DNA of 64,000 nucleotides from Selaginella moellendorffii (taxonomy: Eukaryota > Plantae > Lycopodiophyta), in assembly GCF_000143415.4 (NCBI RefSeq), contig NW_003314374.1, positions 331,225 to 395,224 on the forward strand, read 5' to 3'. Below, one piece after another: positions 60,350 through 64,000 of the stretch. A program made the position numbers and the translations under genes. The notes beneath the pieces were generated by a model, which worked only from the letters and a program-made list of their open reading frames with translations, made no database searches and was not told the origin of the DNA. The number at the start of each line of letters is the position of its first letter. Positions within the stretch are counted from its first letter, which is position 1.

Positions 60350-63039
60350 GTTCAAACGAGCTGTTCCACCAAACCGTCTGATTGTGGATGATAAGCACTC
60401 ATGAAACTATGGCATATCCTCAATCGAGATGTCAAAACATGAAATGCCTTAGTCATAAATGCAGGACCATTATCCCATAAAATCCGCTCTGGACAAGAAA
60501 CTTCTTGTAGCCGATCCAACACTTTACAAACATTATGAATGTGTTCCTCCCACATCCCCTCTGAGTGGATCAAAACATCATCAATGAAGTTAGCAATCAC
60601 CTCCAGTATATCGCAAAAAACCTCGTCCATTATCCACTAGAAAGTCACTGGAGCATTGTTCAAACCAAATGCCATCACTAAGAACTGGTACAAACTAAAC
60701 GGTGTATGAAAAACAGTCTTAGGAATATCTGCTTCGGCTATCTGTATTTGCTAGTACCCAGAAACAAGATCTAGCTTGGTAAACTAACGACTTCTCCCCA
60801 AACGATCTAAGAGATCAGCAGTGTGTGGAAGAGGGTACACATCTAGGATTGTCACTTCGTTTAATGGACAATAGTCGATGCAAAAAACGAATACTCTCAT
60901 CAAGCATTATCACAAGATGAGGTTCATATGCCTAAAGACTCCACAACTTTCAAATAACCCTGTTTTCTAACATCTTCTTGATGTTTACACATAAAATCTT
61001 GATCTCTTTGGATGATCAACGACAAATAAAACCTTGTTTGGTGAACATCTCTAGTTGGAATCAGATGACATGTGGCAATCTTGACCTTAGACGATAGGTC
61101 AAATTCAAAGAGATTGACATACTCCTTCATGAGCCGGTCAATTGTTGCAACACAAAAACCATCGGAGGGATGGGAAAAGGGAAGAGTGGAATAAGATGAA
61201 AATATAAGAGGAAGTAATGGGAAGACAAAATAATGAAAGTAGAGGTAGAAGCAAAGGGACAAAAATATACGGAAGTGAGAGGAATGGATGAAATTTAAGT
61301 AAATATGAGATAAAAGGGAGAAGCCTAAAAGTCACACTTGGCATGATTGCATTGCAACTAATCCATACCAAGAATAAGGTTAAAAGCTTGAGTTGGCACC
61401 ACTTGCAATGACTACAACCCAAACTCAAAATTACCCCATATACACAATTAAGTCCGCATCATCCTTTGCACATGCATATGTACAACCCTACCATAAAGAA
61501 TGAAAACTAGCTCCACCACACGACACAAATGTAGATGGCAATGTGTGGCAACAGGTCAAGCAATAGAAGATAAACTCGAATATGTATCAACCAACACAGA
61601 AAGAATAATAAGAGACCTCTTGTTATAAAAACGAGCTTGAAAAGTGAATATTAAATGAACTAGTGCTAAATGAACCCCTCAATGATACATTCAAAAGAAA
61701 GATGAAGGGGTCACTAACTTATTTGCGCAAAGTCCCTCCATTACTCGTGTGACTCTTCATTTCCCAGATGCATCTCAGTGTCTAGATCTTCCACTGCAAC
61801 AGCACCAATAAAATGTTGTTAATGCCAAGGTCTCTATCCAAGAAATGGAGGTCACCAATCCAAAAAACGCTAACAACACTGATAAGTGTGACCAACTTCA
61901 TCACACACCTATAGTGGACATCATGGCCACGACCACATCTTTGTCCTAGTCTTGAACTCGAGCAGTAACAACATCAACCTCCATTGGAACATGACCATCT
62001 CCCACAAGAAGTGGAGCTGAAAGACGTGTAGCAAGAAGTGAAAGAGTAACATCTCATAACGTTGTGTTAAGTGAAAGGCATCATCAAGGGTGGCTAGAGC
62101 AAGTGTATGCACAAGTATTACCAAATCTTAACAAAGGGCTAACCATAACATTCCTAGCTTGATCCGTTTTGATATATTTGGCTTCGCATGAAGTAAGAGG
62201 CTTCGAAAACAAACACCAAATTGCATTACCGACTCATATAGCCTTTAATAAAGACAATGCAATTGTTAGAAGGCATCATCACAATTGTCAGCATGTCCAA
62301 ATATGCATTTGAAAACATCTGGGAGAATACTCCAATCCTCATGAGTGGTTGTGCTTAAACCATTATACTATTGTAGTGTCATCCTTTGGAGACATATGGG
62401 AAACTCATGCAAACATTAAGCATCATCCTAGGAATGATATATGGCAATCACCATGAAGTGATTGAACGAATGATACAAAACATCCCTAGGATTCCCATGG
62501 AAGAACACCAGCCAAACGCAAGGATTAGCAGCAAGAGTAATAAGAGTTGTACCATGCACCATGAATGCTACCATCAATTGAGTTTAGTTATTCAATTGCA
62601 ACCACATAACATTGAGCAATTATAGCAACTGTTAAAGTTGAGTCAAAAGAGGAGAAAGCTACTACTTTGCCATGAAGATGAACAAAAAAGAAAAAGCAAG
62701 AGAGAAGAATTTGAAAAAAAACAATAAAAAAAGAAAGATCTAGACAATGCAAAAGCTAGATCTAAACAAAAATCCCAAAAGCAATAAGAAAAAGAAGATT
62801 TAAACAATGCAAAAGCTAGATTTAAGCTAAACTTCTAAATTCTAACACTCCTTAGGAACAATCACAGCTACCCCTCACCTCCACCAATGTGAGTGCACAG
62901 AGAATGGAAAAAGAATACAATAAATATACATATCAATTAGCCTAAAAACCATAGCTTATATATAGGAATGAGTGATCTACATTGAAATTAATCCAATAGC
63001 TATCAAAATCCCACTATGCTAATATTAGTATATAACATT
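60350..63039 (-). mobile_element. Second, more eroded copy of the 54040-58206 gypsy family (partial 5' LTR, gag, PR, RT, integrase fragment)
   Basis: LTR remnant at 62888-63039, PBS TGGTGGAGGTGAGGGG, and FIDDVLIH joined directly to SCPERILWDNGPAF. Confidence 0.88.
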
Positions 63040-64000
63040 AGAAAAGCAAAAACTCACCTGAATAATCTATCAATTTGTGTAGAGCCATCAATAAGAGCTC
63101 ATAGCCTTAATTTTCATTTTTCAACTTAAACCCAAACAATTCAGTCCTAAATCTCAACTCTCACATCAACATTCAGGACCAAATGGTTTTATGGTGGCTA
63201 ACTTAAAAACCATTTAATGGCGAAATGCTTAGATCTTAGGACATTTTGCCCTAAAATAGATCAAAGAAATGAGGGGTTTTTTGTGTAGTCAACTCCAAAG
63301 CTTCTTTGCTCTCATCAATGAAGATTATCCACTAGGGGATTTACACTTCAACAACTAAACAACATAAAATGGATGTGTTGAAACTTTGTCATTGCTTGTT
63401 GCAAGGTGGCACATGCTTAATCTTGAAGGCAACAACTAAACTCTTATAGCTACTCTAAAAGTCAGTAGAAAGCCAGAAATAATGGTAAGATTTTCAGTGC
63501 ACGATCAAGACTGAAGGCCCATCAATGTCTTTCCTCATCAACATAGGTATGGTTCTCTTATACAGAATTTGACATTATTCTTGCTACTCTAGATGAGGAT
63601 TACATCTTAGTGTTGAGGATCACAGGATCCAGTGATGGATTTTACAATGAATCTAGCAAGGCGAGTGTGTTCACTTTAATGGTTTTTGGTGTTTGGCAGT
63701 CCGGCAATCCACCAACCACATTATAGAATATCCTTGTTTATTCTATAACATAACTAGTAAAATGTAGATTTAAAATTACTTAAAGATTTAAAATTTTATT
63801 TTTATAAATCTTAAATAAAATTATAGAACTCAATTTTTTTTTTATGTTCTGTTGGACGAGCACGTTCCAGTTGATGAGATGGAGATCCTGCGGGTGACCG
63901 GCAGGATACATTGCTTGCCTCACCGCCGAGTTGATTTCATCGTGGTGCGGAATAGCACGACCTCACCGCCACACTGGAATCGCAGTGCCATCTTCCAGGC

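Noticed and set aside
63843-64000. GC-rich, coding-like sequence at the right edge
   Set aside because: Too short and truncated to identify.

Overview
Eukaryotic (land-plant) nuclear DNA with very short introns (about 45-120 nt), tightly packed genes, PLS/DYW PPR genes, an aegerolysin and Ty3/gypsy elements. These traits fit a lycophyte such as Selaginella, but that is an inference. Layout: (1) 1-9.5 kb is a decayed gene segment with two inverted HDA14 pseudogenes, a GT23-like fucosyltransferase pseudogene, an intact GT37 fucosyltransferase and a SEC16 pseudogene. (2) 9.5-28.3 kb is a nest of degenerate LTR retrotransposons, including a gypsy element with an extra 3' ORF and a TRIM-like unit. 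(3) 28.4-53.4 kb is a gene-dense island: TGD4, an aminotransferase, two PPR genes, TIL, an X8 protein, a microbial-type 6-phosphogluconolactonase, two tRNA-Thr(CGU) genes bracketing an aegerolysin and a UvrD remnant, a secreted repeat protein, OEX1, a DnaJE zinc finger, a bHLH, an RbgA GTPase, SF3B5 and an unknown zinc-finger gene. (4) 54-63 kb holds two copies of a short-LTR gypsy element and LTR remnants. The most notable observation is one tRNA-Thr gene that fits almost exactly inside a predicted 139-nt 5'UTR intron of the lactonase gene, in a small block of microbial-type or defence-like genes. All calls were made by eye, without database searches.
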